The position numbers were made by a program, and so were the translations under genes. From a virus, in IMG/VR virus record IMGVR_UViG_3300033475_000023, positions 1 to 61,307 of that record: a stretch of DNA of 61,307 nucleotides, one strand, 5' to 3'. The notes under the pieces are model-generated. The model ran no database searches and was not told the DNA's origin. It saw nothing but the letters and a program-made list of their open reading frames with translations. This document shows, piece after piece, positions 17,381 through 25,733 of this stretch; positions within the stretch are counted from its first letter, which is position 1; every line of letters starts with the position of its first letter.

Positions 17381-17382
17381 AT

Positions 17383-17751
17383 ATGAAAACAGTTTACAGG
17401 GTTGAAGATAAAAACAACCAATATGGGCCTTATTGGAAAAACCTTAATTATTCAGATATGTTTCCATCGCTTGAACGTCATTCAAGGTACAATCAACGAC
17501 CAGGTTGGTTATCAGGATTTAAACAAAGCGAACTATGGGATTTCAGGGAAGATGCCGAAGATAACAACCAAGAATGTGTATCAGGGTTTGCAAATATTAG
17601 GGATGTGTATAAATGGTTTGGCGGTTTGATACCTCAGTTTTATAAAAAATCAAAACTAAGAATAGTTAAATACACAGTAAAAGACGAAGATGTTTTAACA
17701 TCAACGCTTGGAAATCAGATAATATTTAGGAGACCCAAAAAACAAATATGA
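17383..17751 (+). CDS. Hypothetical protein
   Basis: ORF track. Confidence 0.55.
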   Translation: MKTVYRVEDKNNQYGPYWKNLNYSDMFPSLERHSRYNQRPGWLSGFKQSELWDFREDAEDNNQECVSGFANIRDVYKWFGGLIPQFYKKSKLRIVKYTVKDEDVLTSTLGNQIIFRRPKKQI

Positions 17752-17814
17752 TAAAATATATTTTATAAATAAATTATTTTTTATAACTTTACAAAGAACA
17801 GAAAGGAGAAGAAA

Positions 17815-18003
17815 ATGAACAAAGTAGTAATAGCAAACGCCTTACAAGCTGCATTATCAACAGCTGAAAATTCACTCAAGTATTATCAAGAACAGATACC
17901 ATACTATGAGAACAAAATAGCCGAAGAAAAAAATAATATAGAAGCTTTAAAAGCTGAATTGGAAGCTATACAAACCGGGCAAACAACAGCCACGGAATTA
18001 TAA
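17815..18003 (+). CDS. Small coiled-coil protein
   Basis: ORF track; heptad-like 'IAEEKNNIEALKAELEAIQ'. Confidence 0.45.
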   Translation: MNKVVIANALQAALSTAENSLKYYQEQIPYYENKIAEEKNNIEALKAELEAIQTGQTTATEL

Positions 18004-18017
18004 AACAAAAAGCAATT

Positions 18018-18044
18018 AGCCTCAACATAAAGTTGGGGCTTTTG
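18018..18044 (+). terminator. Hairpin terminator (short T-run)
   Basis: 9-bp stem agcctcaac / gttggggct followed by TTT. Confidence 0.45.
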
Positions 18045-18077
18045 CGGTAAATAGTAATAGAGATAATTAACAAAATC

Positions 18078-18329
18078 ATGGACAAAATCATTAACAACCT
18101 ATTTAAGTACATTAAAAGAGACAATTTTTTAATTGATTTTACGCAAATCAACCCCAAAGGCGGTATAGCCCACCGTGGGTCAGGAAAGTTAACAAACTAC
18201 AAAGCCGGTAAAGGGTACACCAACGAAGACCTGATTGGCTTAAAGGAAGGTTTGTTAAAATTGGGCAACCACATTATAAAAGAAGCCAACAACATTGTAG
18301 TGGAAATACAGGAAACACCAACAGAATAA
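18078..18329 (+). CDS. Hypothetical protein
   Basis: ORF track. Confidence 0.5.
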   Translation: MDKIINNLFKYIKRDNFLIDFTQINPKGGIAHRGSGKLTNYKAGKGYTNEDLIGLKEGLLKLGNHIIKEANNIVVEIQETPTE

Positions 18330-18330
18330 A

Positions 18331-18594
18331 ATGGAACTTTTTGAACATGACTATGGGACGGCTTCTAAAGAAATAGACGAAACCGACATCACAACCACGT
18401 TATTGTACTTCTCAACAGAAGAACTAAAAGAATTTAAAAAGCTATCCAAAAAAGGCATTAAAGAACTATTTGGTGCTGATTATTTGGAAAAAGGCAACTT
18501 GTCGGATTTATTGTTACACCTTTTAAGGGAAAAATATGGAACACCAACAGCGCAAAGCGCCACAAGTGATAATAGCAAAGAAGAAACTAACTGA
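18331..18594 (+). CDS. Hypothetical acidic protein
   Basis: ORF track. Confidence 0.5.
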   Translation: MELFEHDYGTASKEIDETDITTTLLYFSTEELKEFKKLSKKGIKELFGADYLEKGNLSDLLLHLLREKYGTPTAQSATSDNSKEETN

Positions 18595-19427
18595 TGACGA
18601 AGCCGAAAAACTTTCCGGTAAGTTTTTAACAGATAAAGACTACGACCAGGTAATAAGGGAAGATACAGATTGTTACTCAACAGACGGCACGTTGTTGTTT
18701 AAGTTCAGGAAAAAGGTAATACCGATGCGTATTTTAAAATCAGGTTACGATGCTTTTAAAGGCAGCATAGAACTAACAGAGGGGCGTGGAATTGCTTCTG
18801 GTAGTTCACACAAGCGTATAAGAAAAGATGGCTCTACATCTAAAATAACAGTAGGCAACAAAGTACGTAGTGGCAATGTGGGTTATATGGACCCGAGCGC
18901 TATGATAAAATATTGCAGGCGTACAGGCTTTGCTAAAAAATATTTTGAAGAGTTTAAGCAAGGAATACCGTTTGTGGAGTTTGTAGATGGACTGTATAAA
19001 GAACTTTGCCCACAACACCACAAAATACAATCAAACATAGCTAACGGCACAAACATCAACTACATGATAGGCAACAGCAGTTTTACAACCGGTGACCGTA
19101 AACCAAAACTTTATGACAGCAGTTCACAAAGATAGCGGTGATTTGCCGCAAGGGTTTGGAAACCTTTGCATTTACAGAGAGGGCAAATACAAAGGTGGCT
19201 TTTTTTGCTTGCCACAATACAGAATAGCTATAGACCTAAAAAATAGGGATATGTTATTTGTAGATGTTCATAAATGGCATGGTAACACGCCGTTTAATGC
19301 AGTTAGTGAAGATGCTTTAAGAATAGCCTTTGTTATGTATTACCGCGAGTATATGTACAAATGTAAAAGCCCGGCTGAAGAATTATTAAACACTAAAGTA
19401 CAGGAAACTGGATATTGGAGATTATGA
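18536..19427 (+). CDS. 2OG/Fe(II) dioxygenase, TET/JBP-like. Split as assembled into 18536..19135 and 19092..19427 by a +1 frame change near 19089-19092
   Basis: HxD 'TAVHKDSGD', distal His 'VHKWHGNTP' and Arg 'RIAFVMYYR' lie in the second frame. The N-terminal half '...GRGIASGSSHKR...SGNVGYMD...SSFTT' lies in the first. Frame 2 is open only from 19071. Confidence 0.6.
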
Positions 19428-20512
19428 CATTAAGCAATGTAGAAAATATCAGCGACTTACACGTTGGTATGGACTTTAGGAAAGCAGAATACCGACGTGA
19501 AGTTTTTTTAAGGTTCTATGAGTTCCATACCAAGTATAAAGCGCACCCAGGCGCGGTATATTACACAATGCCATATTTGTTTGAAGCCTTTAATTTAAAC
19601 ACAGAACAAAAATATTGGCTTTGCTTTTTAAATGGTGTTTGCCAAAACATCATAACCACATGGGAGATTTTTAACAGGTTTCCAGAAGTACCAAAAGATA
19701 AAAACAGGTTGGATGAATTAAGTATTTTTTTTAGGGCAAACTATAAAAAATTTGGTTGGGATACAGATAGGAGATATGTTAAAAACCAATTTGAAAAGTG
19801 TGTTGAAAAATACATGGAATTATTAGCAGGCGGCACACAGGAAGAATACTTTGACGCATATTGCAATGAAAATGCCACGGTTAATTTTGACAACCTGTGG
19901 AATGTAGTCATGTCACAATTCTATTTATTTGGCAGATTAAGCACATTTAGTTATTTGGAGTATTTGAAAATAGCCGGGCTAAATATAGAATGCAGTACCC
20001 TATTTTTATTTGACCTTGATGGCAGCAAAAGCCATAGGAACGGCCTTTGTAAAGTATTGGGCCGTGACGACCTTGATTGGCATAGTAGCAACCCGGCATT
20101 TAATGGCTATGAAAAAACACATCTAAAGGCTCTTGAATACGAGGGTGAAATACTCCTGCAGGAAGCAAAAGCGCGCGGCATAGATGCAAGTTACTTTACG
20201 CTTGAAAGCACACTATGTTGTTATAAAAGTTGGTATCGCAAAAACAGGCGTTACCCTAACGTTTATAACGATATGTTTTATGAACGCATATTAAGGAATG
20301 AAAGGGAATGGGGACGCAAGAACTTTTTATTCCGTGAGATAAGGCAAAGCTGTTTACCACCACATTTATTGATAGAAGAAAATTACCGTGACCCAGGGTT
20401 GAAGCCCGAAAAGCAAAATTGGTTCAGGGACACCGGCGAAGTAATAATGATGGACAAAGAATGGCATTGTTTTAAAAACGGCTTTAACGATACATACTAT
20501 GGAATTATTTGA
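19424..20512 (+). CDS. aGPT-pyrophosphorylase / amino-acid:DNA transferase-like protein (ATG 19424; the track uses TTG 19415)
   Basis: All-helical; 'EYRREVFLRFYEFHTKYKAHPGAVYY' and 'GRLSTFSYLEYLKIAG...GSKSHRNGL' recalled as family-like (unverified). Sits between the dioxygenase, PLP enzyme and kinase. ATGA overlap. Confidence 0.45.
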   Translation: MTLSNVENISDLHVGMDFRKAEYRREVFLRFYEFHTKYKAHPGAVYYTMPYLFEAFNLNTEQKYWLCFLNGVCQNIITTWEIFNRFPEVPKDKNRLDELSIFFRANYKKFGWDTDRRYVKNQFEKCVEKYMELLAGGTQEEYFDAYCNENATVNFDNLWNVVMSQFYLFGRLSTFSYLEYLKIAGLNIECSTLFLFDLDGSKSHRNGLCKVLGRDDLDWHSSNPAFNGYEKTHLKALEYEGEILLQEAKARGIDASYFTLESTLCCYKSWYRKNRRYPNVYNDMFYERILRNEREWGRKNFLFREIRQSCLPPHLLIEENYRDPGLKPEKQNWFRDTGEVIMMDKEWHCFKNGFNDTYYGII

Positions 20513-21392
20513 ACTGACGCCGGTTGAAAAAATAGGGGATTTATACTTTAAGCGGGAAGATAAATTTCTACCAGATGGGCCACGCAGCATAAACGGAACT
20601 AAATTAAGGCAACTGATTTGGCTTGTAGGTCACCAAGTAGCAATAACCCCAAATATTAAAGGCATCATATACGGAACCGTGACAGGTAGCCCCCAACACG
20701 CTTATAGTGCATGGGTAGCAAACCATTATGGATTGGATTGCATAGGAGTTATATCAGCAATTGATATAGATAAGTATAAAAACCTTAAGTATGCAGAGCA
20801 GAACGGCGTTGAATTTATTTACAGTAAAGTAGGGTACGCAAAAACATTGGAAGCTAAAGCTTTTCAATTGCAAAAAGAACACTATCCGGATTATTACCTG
20901 ACTGAAACCAATATTGTAGTAAACAACAAAAGAAACAATCCGCAAATAGTAAGGCGTTTTCACAATGTTGGCGCTGTACAGGCTGCAAACATTCCAGACC
21001 ATATTGAAACGCTAATCATACCATGCGGGAGCGGCACAAGTACTATCAGTATCTTATACGGGCTTTATTTAAACAAGCCTAAAAATCTAAAAAAGATTGT
21101 ACTGATGGGCATCGGCAACGTTGGCAGTAATAATATAGGGTTTATTTGGAAGCGACTTGACTACATAGACCCGTTTATAAAAATGTATTTGCGTGAATTT
21201 GATTTTGTGCATTACAACCTAAACGGAACCGGGTACTGCAAGTATGAACAGCTATTTAAAGAACAATACAACGGGGTAGTTTTCCATCCACGCTATGAAG
21301 CTAAATGTTGGAGATATCTAAAAGAGTACCACCCGGAATTATTAAATGATAAAACACTTTTTTGGATAATAGGAAGCGATTATGAAGTCTAA
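20499..21392 (+). CDS. Fold-type II PLP-dependent enzyme (ACC deaminase / D-cysteine desulfhydrase-like)
   Basis: 'YFKREDKF...INGTKLRQL' (compare GGNKxRKL with the PLP lysine); Gly-rich loop 'IPCGSGTSTISILYG'. Confidence 0.7.
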   Translation: MELFELTPVEKIGDLYFKREDKFLPDGPRSINGTKLRQLIWLVGHQVAITPNIKGIIYGTVTGSPQHAYSAWVANHYGLDCIGVISAIDIDKYKNLKYAEQNGVEFIYSKVGYAKTLEAKAFQLQKEHYPDYYLTETNIVVNNKRNNPQIVRRFHNVGAVQAANIPDHIETLIIPCGSGTSTISILYGLYLNKPKNLKKIVLMGIGNVGSNNIGFIWKRLDYIDPFIKMYLREFDFVHYNLNGTGYCKYEQLFKEQYNGVVFHPRYEAKCWRYLKEYHPELLNDKTLFWIIGSDYEV

Positions 21393-21882
21393 CATTATAC
21401 TTATAATAGGCGCGCCAGGCACAGGAAAGACGTGGCTCATGCAGCAGCTTATTTCACATTATGGCATAAACAAAAACGTTTACAGCTATGCTACGGGCCA
21501 ATACAAGTACCTTAAACAAAATGGGGTCATGATTATAGGCGTATATGATGGTAGCACGTTCCAAGGTAGCGACAAGCTAAGTATGTCTATTATGCAAAGC
21601 AATAAACTGATAGAGCCGGTTTTTAAGACGGTGGATGCAGTATTTTGCGAGGGTGACAGGTTTACTAACAGTACGTTTATAAACACGTTCAACCCTACTA
21701 TCGTGCGGATAAAAGGAGATGGCGCGCAGGGCCGTGAGCAAAGAGGTAGTTCACAGTCAGAAAGACAAATAAAAAGCATAACAACGCGGGTAAACAATAT
21801 AACGGCTGATATTGAATTTGAAAATTCATTGGATTGCTTTAACTACCTGATATCACTACACCACGTTTATAATGACAACTGA
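21382..21882 (+). CDS. P-loop kinase (size and context of a 5-hydroxymethyl-pyrimidine DNA kinase)
   Basis: Walker A 'IIGAPGTGKTW' at the N-terminus; 166 aa; overlaps both neighbours. Confidence 0.55.
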   Translation: MKSNIILIIGAPGTGKTWLMQQLISHYGINKNVYSYATGQYKYLKQNGVMIIGVYDGSTFQGSDKLSMSIMQSNKLIEPVFKTVDAVFCEGDRFTNSTFINTFNPTIVRIKGDGAQGREQRGSSQSERQIKSITTRVNNITADIEFENSLDCFNYLISLHHVYNDN

Positions 21883-22573
21883 GCAAAAGCTTGCAACTAT
21901 TGACTTTGAAAATTCATGGTTAATAGGCTGTGAAAATTCACAGGTGATAACAAACGCATTACGGGCCAAAGGTGTAAACGCATATTCATGCGACCTGTTA
22001 CCAACTTCAGGCAACGATGAGTATCATTTACAATGTGACGTTTTGGAATTGCTGAACATGGGATGGTTTGCCGGTATATTCCATCCTGATTGCACATTCT
22101 TGACAGCAGCAAATACTTACATAAAGCGCGGCTGTAGTAAATATACACCCGAGCAAGCTATAGAGTTTAGGGAGCAAGCTATAGAGTTTAGGGAGCAAGC
22201 TATAGAGTTTTTTCTAAAATTTACAAATTCTAAAATCCAAAAATGGGCTATAGAAAACCCTATTGGAATAATGTCATCCATATATCGCAAGCCTGATCAA
22301 ATAATCCACCCGTGGCAATTTGGGCATGATGCAAGTAAAGCGACTTGCCTGTGGATAAAAAATTTTCCTTTGCTTAGGCCAACGCAGCACATAGCGCCGC
22401 GATTAGTAAACTATAAACCCAGGCGAGGCAATCAAACAGACAGCGGACAAAACAGATTAAGCCCGTCTGAGGACAGGTGGAAAGAAAGGGCTGAAACATA
22501 TCAGGGGATTGCTGATGCTATTGCAGCTCAATGGAGCGTTCCTTATATGGATAACCAATTAGCATTATTTTAA
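21872..22573 (+). CDS. Short DNA C5-cytosine methyltransferase-like protein carrying a 3x7-aa tandem repeat
   Basis: 'GCENSQVITNALRAKGVNAYSCDLLP' (motif I region), 'FHPDCTFLT' (PC motif IV-like), 'WAIENPIG' (motif VI ENV-like), 'PWQFGHDASKATCLW', C-terminal 'YQGIADAIAAQW'. Confidence 0.45.
   Translation: MTTEQKLATIDFENSWLIGCENSQVITNALRAKGVNAYSCDLLPTSGNDEYHLQCDVLELLNMGWFAGIFHPDCTFLTAANTYIKRGCSKYTPEQAIEFREQAIEFREQAIEFFLKFTNSKIQKWAIENPIGIMSSIYRKPDQIIHPWQFGHDASKATCLWIKNFPLLRPTQHIAPRLVNYKPRRGNQTDSGQNRLSPSEDRWKERAETYQGIADAIAAQWSVPYMDNQLALF
22151..22210 (+). repeat. Perfect 21-bp tandem repeat, 2.9 copies ('gagcaagctatagagtttagg'), in frame (EQAIEFR x3)
   Basis: Read directly at 22151-22171, 22172-22192 and 22193-22210. 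Confidence 0.95.
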
Positions 22574-22574
22574 A

Positions 22575-22772
22575 ATGAAAGGTTGGAGAAAAGTTTTATA
22601 TGCAGCAGATTGTGAATATGAGGATTGGGATGATGAGCATGAGTGCCCAATTTGCCCAAAACATAAAATAGATTATGCAGAATGTGATTGCCCCGGCCCA
22701 ACACAAGATGACTTATACTACTACAGGGTAATAAAAGTCGTACTGTACGCAAAAAAGAAACAAGATGAATAA
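22575..22772 (+). CDS. Small Cys-rich acidic protein
   Basis: 'CEYEDWDDEHECPICPKHKIDYAECDCPG'. Confidence 0.5.
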   Translation: MKGWRKVLYAADCEYEDWDDEHECPICPKHKIDYAECDCPGPTQDDLYYYRVIKVVLYAKKKQDE

Positions 22773-23235
22773 CTTATTTGACCTACCAGAATTAAGCAAA
22801 AGCGAAAAGCTTAAAAAATCACGAAAGGTAACAACAGACCTAACGCGTCAAGTTATTGATTGGCTTAATAACACCATGCAGTTTAAGGTACACAGGTCAA
22901 ATAACTTTCCATCACCACGTATAAGCCGTACAAAGGAGCAATTCAAATACCAAGACAGTAATGGTGATGAGCAGGTTTTTGAGTATGATAAGGTAGAGAT
23001 ATTCTTTAAAAAGAACAACATTAAAGAAAAGATATTGGATATAAGTGGCTTTAGAATAGGTGATGGGAAGCATATAGAAATAGAGGTGAAAACCGGCAAA
23101 GACGAACTGTCAGAAGGCCAAGTTAACCGCATTAAAGAAATTACAGCAGCAGGCGGGATAAGCTTTGTGTTTGATAGCATGGAGACATTTTTAATGCAGA
23201 TAAAACCGTACGTGGAAACCAAATACGCATTTTAA
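22765..23235 (+). CDS. VRR-NUC domain nuclease
   Basis: 'DISGFRIGDGKHIEIEVKTGKDELSEGQVNRIKEITAAGG' fits D...ExK...Q. Confidence 0.6.
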   Translation: MNNLFDLPELSKSEKLKKSRKVTTDLTRQVIDWLNNTMQFKVHRSNNFPSPRISRTKEQFKYQDSNGDEQVFEYDKVEIFFKKNNIKEKILDISGFRIGDGKHIEIEVKTGKDELSEGQVNRIKEITAAGGISFVFDSMETFLMQIKPYVETKYAF

Positions 23236-23295
23236 TAAAAATTATTTTATATTTTATTTGCAAGTAATATAAAAATAATTTTATATTTGTAGTGT
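23232..23295 (+). promoter_or_regulatory. 64-bp promoter repeat, copy B (TTTG 23257-23260, N21, TATATTTG 23282-23289)
   Basis: 63/64 identical to 14003-14066. Confidence 0.6.
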
Positions 23296-23332
23296 AATAA
23301 CAATGTAGTTATTATTTAAACGCTTGACGGCA

Positions 23333-23545
23333 ATGAAAACTTTACCATTAAACTCACAATTAGGCAGCAATGAAGAAATTGCATCATCTGTAATAATGTT
23401 TGCACCTTCAAAAAGATTTGATACCGAACAGGCAGAATATACACTTTCTTTTATTGAAAGAAGCAGGGGTTATAAATTACTTAGTTGTGATAGAGAAAAC
23501 ATATTAAATCTTGTTGAAAGTCATTTAGAAGCCTGTTATGATTAA
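23333..23545 (+). CDS. Hypothetical protein (ATG 23333; the track uses TTG 23324)
   Basis: ORF track; sits between promoter repeat B and hairpin element 4. Confidence 0.5.
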   Translation: MKTLPLNSQLGSNEEIASSVIMFAPSKRFDTEQAEYTLSFIERSRGYKLLSCDRENILNLVESHLEACYD

Positions 23546-23554
23546 TTAAGCCCT

Positions 23555-23627
23555 TTAAGTCCGTCAAGCTACGGGTTAAACATTAGCGCAACGCTCATAA
23601 GGCTTGCGCTTTTGGTGGTAAAAGCAC
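23555..23627 (+). repeat. Composite intercistronic hairpin element, copy 4 (variant)
   Basis: 'TTTAAGTCC', then hairpin ccgt/acgg, then hairpin agcgcaa/ttgcgct, then 'tttggtggtaaaagcac'. Confidence 0.5.
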
Positions 23628-23636
23628 TTTATAAAA

Positions 23637-24125
23637 ATGGAACAAACAAACAAACTCGGATTAATACCATTAAGAAACTTTGGTATAGTTAACAAAGAAA
23701 GTCAAGTTTACAGATCAGCACAACCAATTTATAGCTATGAATATGAATGGTTGCGTAAAATGTTAAATATAGACTGCATTATAAACCTAAGAGCAGAAAG
23801 CAGGCATGATAATAACTTAGCACCAAAACACGGGATAGAAGTTGTGAATATTGACGTAGAAGATCACAAAGCACCAACAAAAGAACAAGCTGATTTATTC
23901 ATTAAAATATTACATGATAAATTAGATAAACGCGAAAGTGTGCTGATACATTGTGAACATGGGCATGGGCGCACTTCTACATTTTCAGTATTGGCAGCTA
24001 TAATAATGGGCCAAACATTAGATCAAGCCATTGCACAGGAAAATAATGACTTTCATTACCAATTTAGGCATCCGCAACAAATTGATTTTTTAAATAAATA
24101 TTGCGAAAAACTACAACCGGCATAA
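23637..24125 (+). CDS. Cys-based dual-specificity / tyrosine protein phosphatase
   Basis: Active-site loop 'VLIHCEHGHGRTSTF' (HCx5R[ST]). Confidence 0.75.
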   Translation: MEQTNKLGLIPLRNFGIVNKESQVYRSAQPIYSYEYEWLRKMLNIDCIINLRAESRHDNNLAPKHGIEVVNIDVEDHKAPTKEQADLFIKILHDKLDKRESVLIHCEHGHGRTSTFSVLAAIIMGQTLDQAIAQENNDFHYQFRHPQQIDFLNKYCEKLQPA

Positions 24126-24127
24126 TT

Positions 24128-24415
24128 ATGTTAACAGCAGAATTTAAAAAACAACTTGAAGATATGGGGTATCACCATATAGTTGAATTTCCAAATAAAG
24201 GGATATGTGCATTGTTTAACTTCATTTATACAACTGGATTAGTGATTGGAATTGATGAATATAGTTATCAGGGTAGGTATTGCTATAGTCACCCGGTTCA
24301 TGCCATTAAAGCATTAAAAAAATGGGATGGTGTTGGTGACCCGCCGGGGGATTGGATTAAATATAAAGGTATAGGGGGTGAACGGTGCAATCAAAAAGTT
24401 GAATATGATTTTTAA
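24128..24415 (+). CDS. Hypothetical protein
   Basis: ORF track; first ATG after the upstream stop. Confidence 0.5.
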   Translation: MLTAEFKKQLEDMGYHHIVEFPNKGICALFNFIYTTGLVIGIDEYSYQGRYCYSHPVHAIKALKKWDGVGDPPGDWIKYKGIGGERCNQKVEYDF

Positions 24416-24986
24416 AAAAGTAAAAAAGGGGCAACAATTCTTATATAATAATAGCATTGTTTGGGTTGTACACCAAAAGTCAGCCAGCGATGTTGTTATA
24501 AAATTAATTGAACACCCGTGGGATGAAACCGACATTATAATAGTAAACATTGATGACCTTAAAGAGATAAAAGCAGTAAAAACAGTTATAAAACAAAAGC
24601 CAATAAAGGCAGAAAAAAAAGTTGATATTAGAGAAAAAAATGTATTTTTTGCCTCACAAATGTTAACTATGCCTAATAACTGCGAAAACTGTAATAAAAC
24701 ATTAAACGCCAAATCAAACTTTGCAAAAAGATGTGTAACAGCTCATATATTACCCAAAAGCACATTTAAGAGTGTGGCAACAAACCCCAAAAATATAATG
24801 TTTTTAGGGGTTGGAATATTGGGTATTTGCCAATGTCACGATACTTGGGATATGTTAGATGCAGAAACCAGGCTAAAAATGAAATGCTATGATATAGCTA
24901 TAAAGCGTTTTGAAGAATTTAAACACCTACTTACACCACATGAATATAATAGGGCATTAACTTATCTTGGGATAACAAAAAAATGA
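24405..24986 (+). CDS. Hypothetical Cys/His-rich protein
   Basis: 'CENCNKTL...CVTAHILPK...CQCHDTWD'. Confidence 0.5.
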   Translation: MIFKKVKKGQQFLYNNSIVWVVHQKSASDVVIKLIEHPWDETDIIIVNIDDLKEIKAVKTVIKQKPIKAEKKVDIREKNVFFASQMLTMPNNCENCNKTLNAKSNFAKRCVTAHILPKSTFKSVATNPKNIMFLGVGILGICQCHDTWDMLDAETRLKMKCYDIAIKRFEEFKHLLTPHEYNRALTYLGITKK

Positions 24987-25183
24987 TAAATACAGAACAT
25001 TTATTATGGTTACTGATACCAATTGGGTTTATAATTGCGGCGTTGATAAGTGAACGCGTGGTTATAAAAGAAAATAAACGCGGTAGGGCCGCACACCAGG
25101 CAAATAGTATCTTTAGTTTATGTGCTATGCTTGCTATAATATCATTTACTATAATTGCAATTTACATAGGTATAAATGGATAG
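24983..25183 (+). CDS. Small membrane protein (2 TM)
   Basis: 'LLWLLIPIGFIIAALI' and 'IFSLCAMLAIISFTIIAIYI'. Confidence 0.5.
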   Translation: MINTEHLLWLLIPIGFIIAALISERVVIKENKRGRAAHQANSIFSLCAMLAIISFTIIAIYIGING

Positions 25184-25186
25184 AAA

Positions 25187-25453
25187 ATGAGAGTATCGCG
25201 AAAACATATCAATAAAATCCAAATAAAAGGGTTTAGGCGAAAATTGGTTGAAGAAAACGCAGCCAAAAGAAACAGCCTTAATTCCATAGCCACTTGTGAA
25301 GAGGGCAAGTATTTTGTAATATGCCCTAAATGTGGAGTTAAGAAAAAAATATCAATAATGAAAACAGATGAACTACTAACATTTGGAAGCATTAGTTTTC
25401 ATTGTAGTGAATGCAGAAATTATAAATATCCATATACAATAACCTTAAAATAA
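25187..25453 (+). CDS. Zinc-ribbon protein
   Basis: 'CPKCG...CSEC'. Confidence 0.5.
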   Translation: MRVSRKHINKIQIKGFRRKLVEENAAKRNSLNSIATCEEGKYFVICPKCGVKKKISIMKTDELLTFGSISFHCSECRNYKYPYTITLK

Positions 25454-25457
25454 ACAC

Positions 25458-25733
25458 ATGAAAAAACTACTAATCATCGGATCATTATTATTTGCTACAG
25501 TAGCAGTAAAGGCACAAACAACAGACGCTAAAATTGACACCAATTCAGAAAAGATACTTTTCAGGAACGTAAACATTCTACAAGGTTATTTGCATAAAGT
25601 ACCAATAGACGCAATATTAAGGGACAAATTGGATAGTGTTTATACGCAAACAGTAAACATTATAAACCGTGATTACAACCGAGCAAAGATGCAGGTGCAA
25701 AAACCTGAGCATAAAATAACAAAAAAACCATGA
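25458..25733 (+). CDS. Small secreted protein
   Basis: Signal peptide 'MKKLLIIGSLLFATVAVKAQ'. Confidence 0.55.
   Translation: MKKLLIIGSLLFATVAVKAQTTDAKIDTNSEKILFRNVNILQGYLHKVPIDAILRDKLDSVYTQTVNIINRDYNRAKMQVQKPEHKITKKP

Noticed and set aside
17402-17629. 75-aa ORF nested in another frame of 17383..17751
   Set aside because: It lies entirely inside a longer ORF that fits the gene packing, and there is no independent signal for it.
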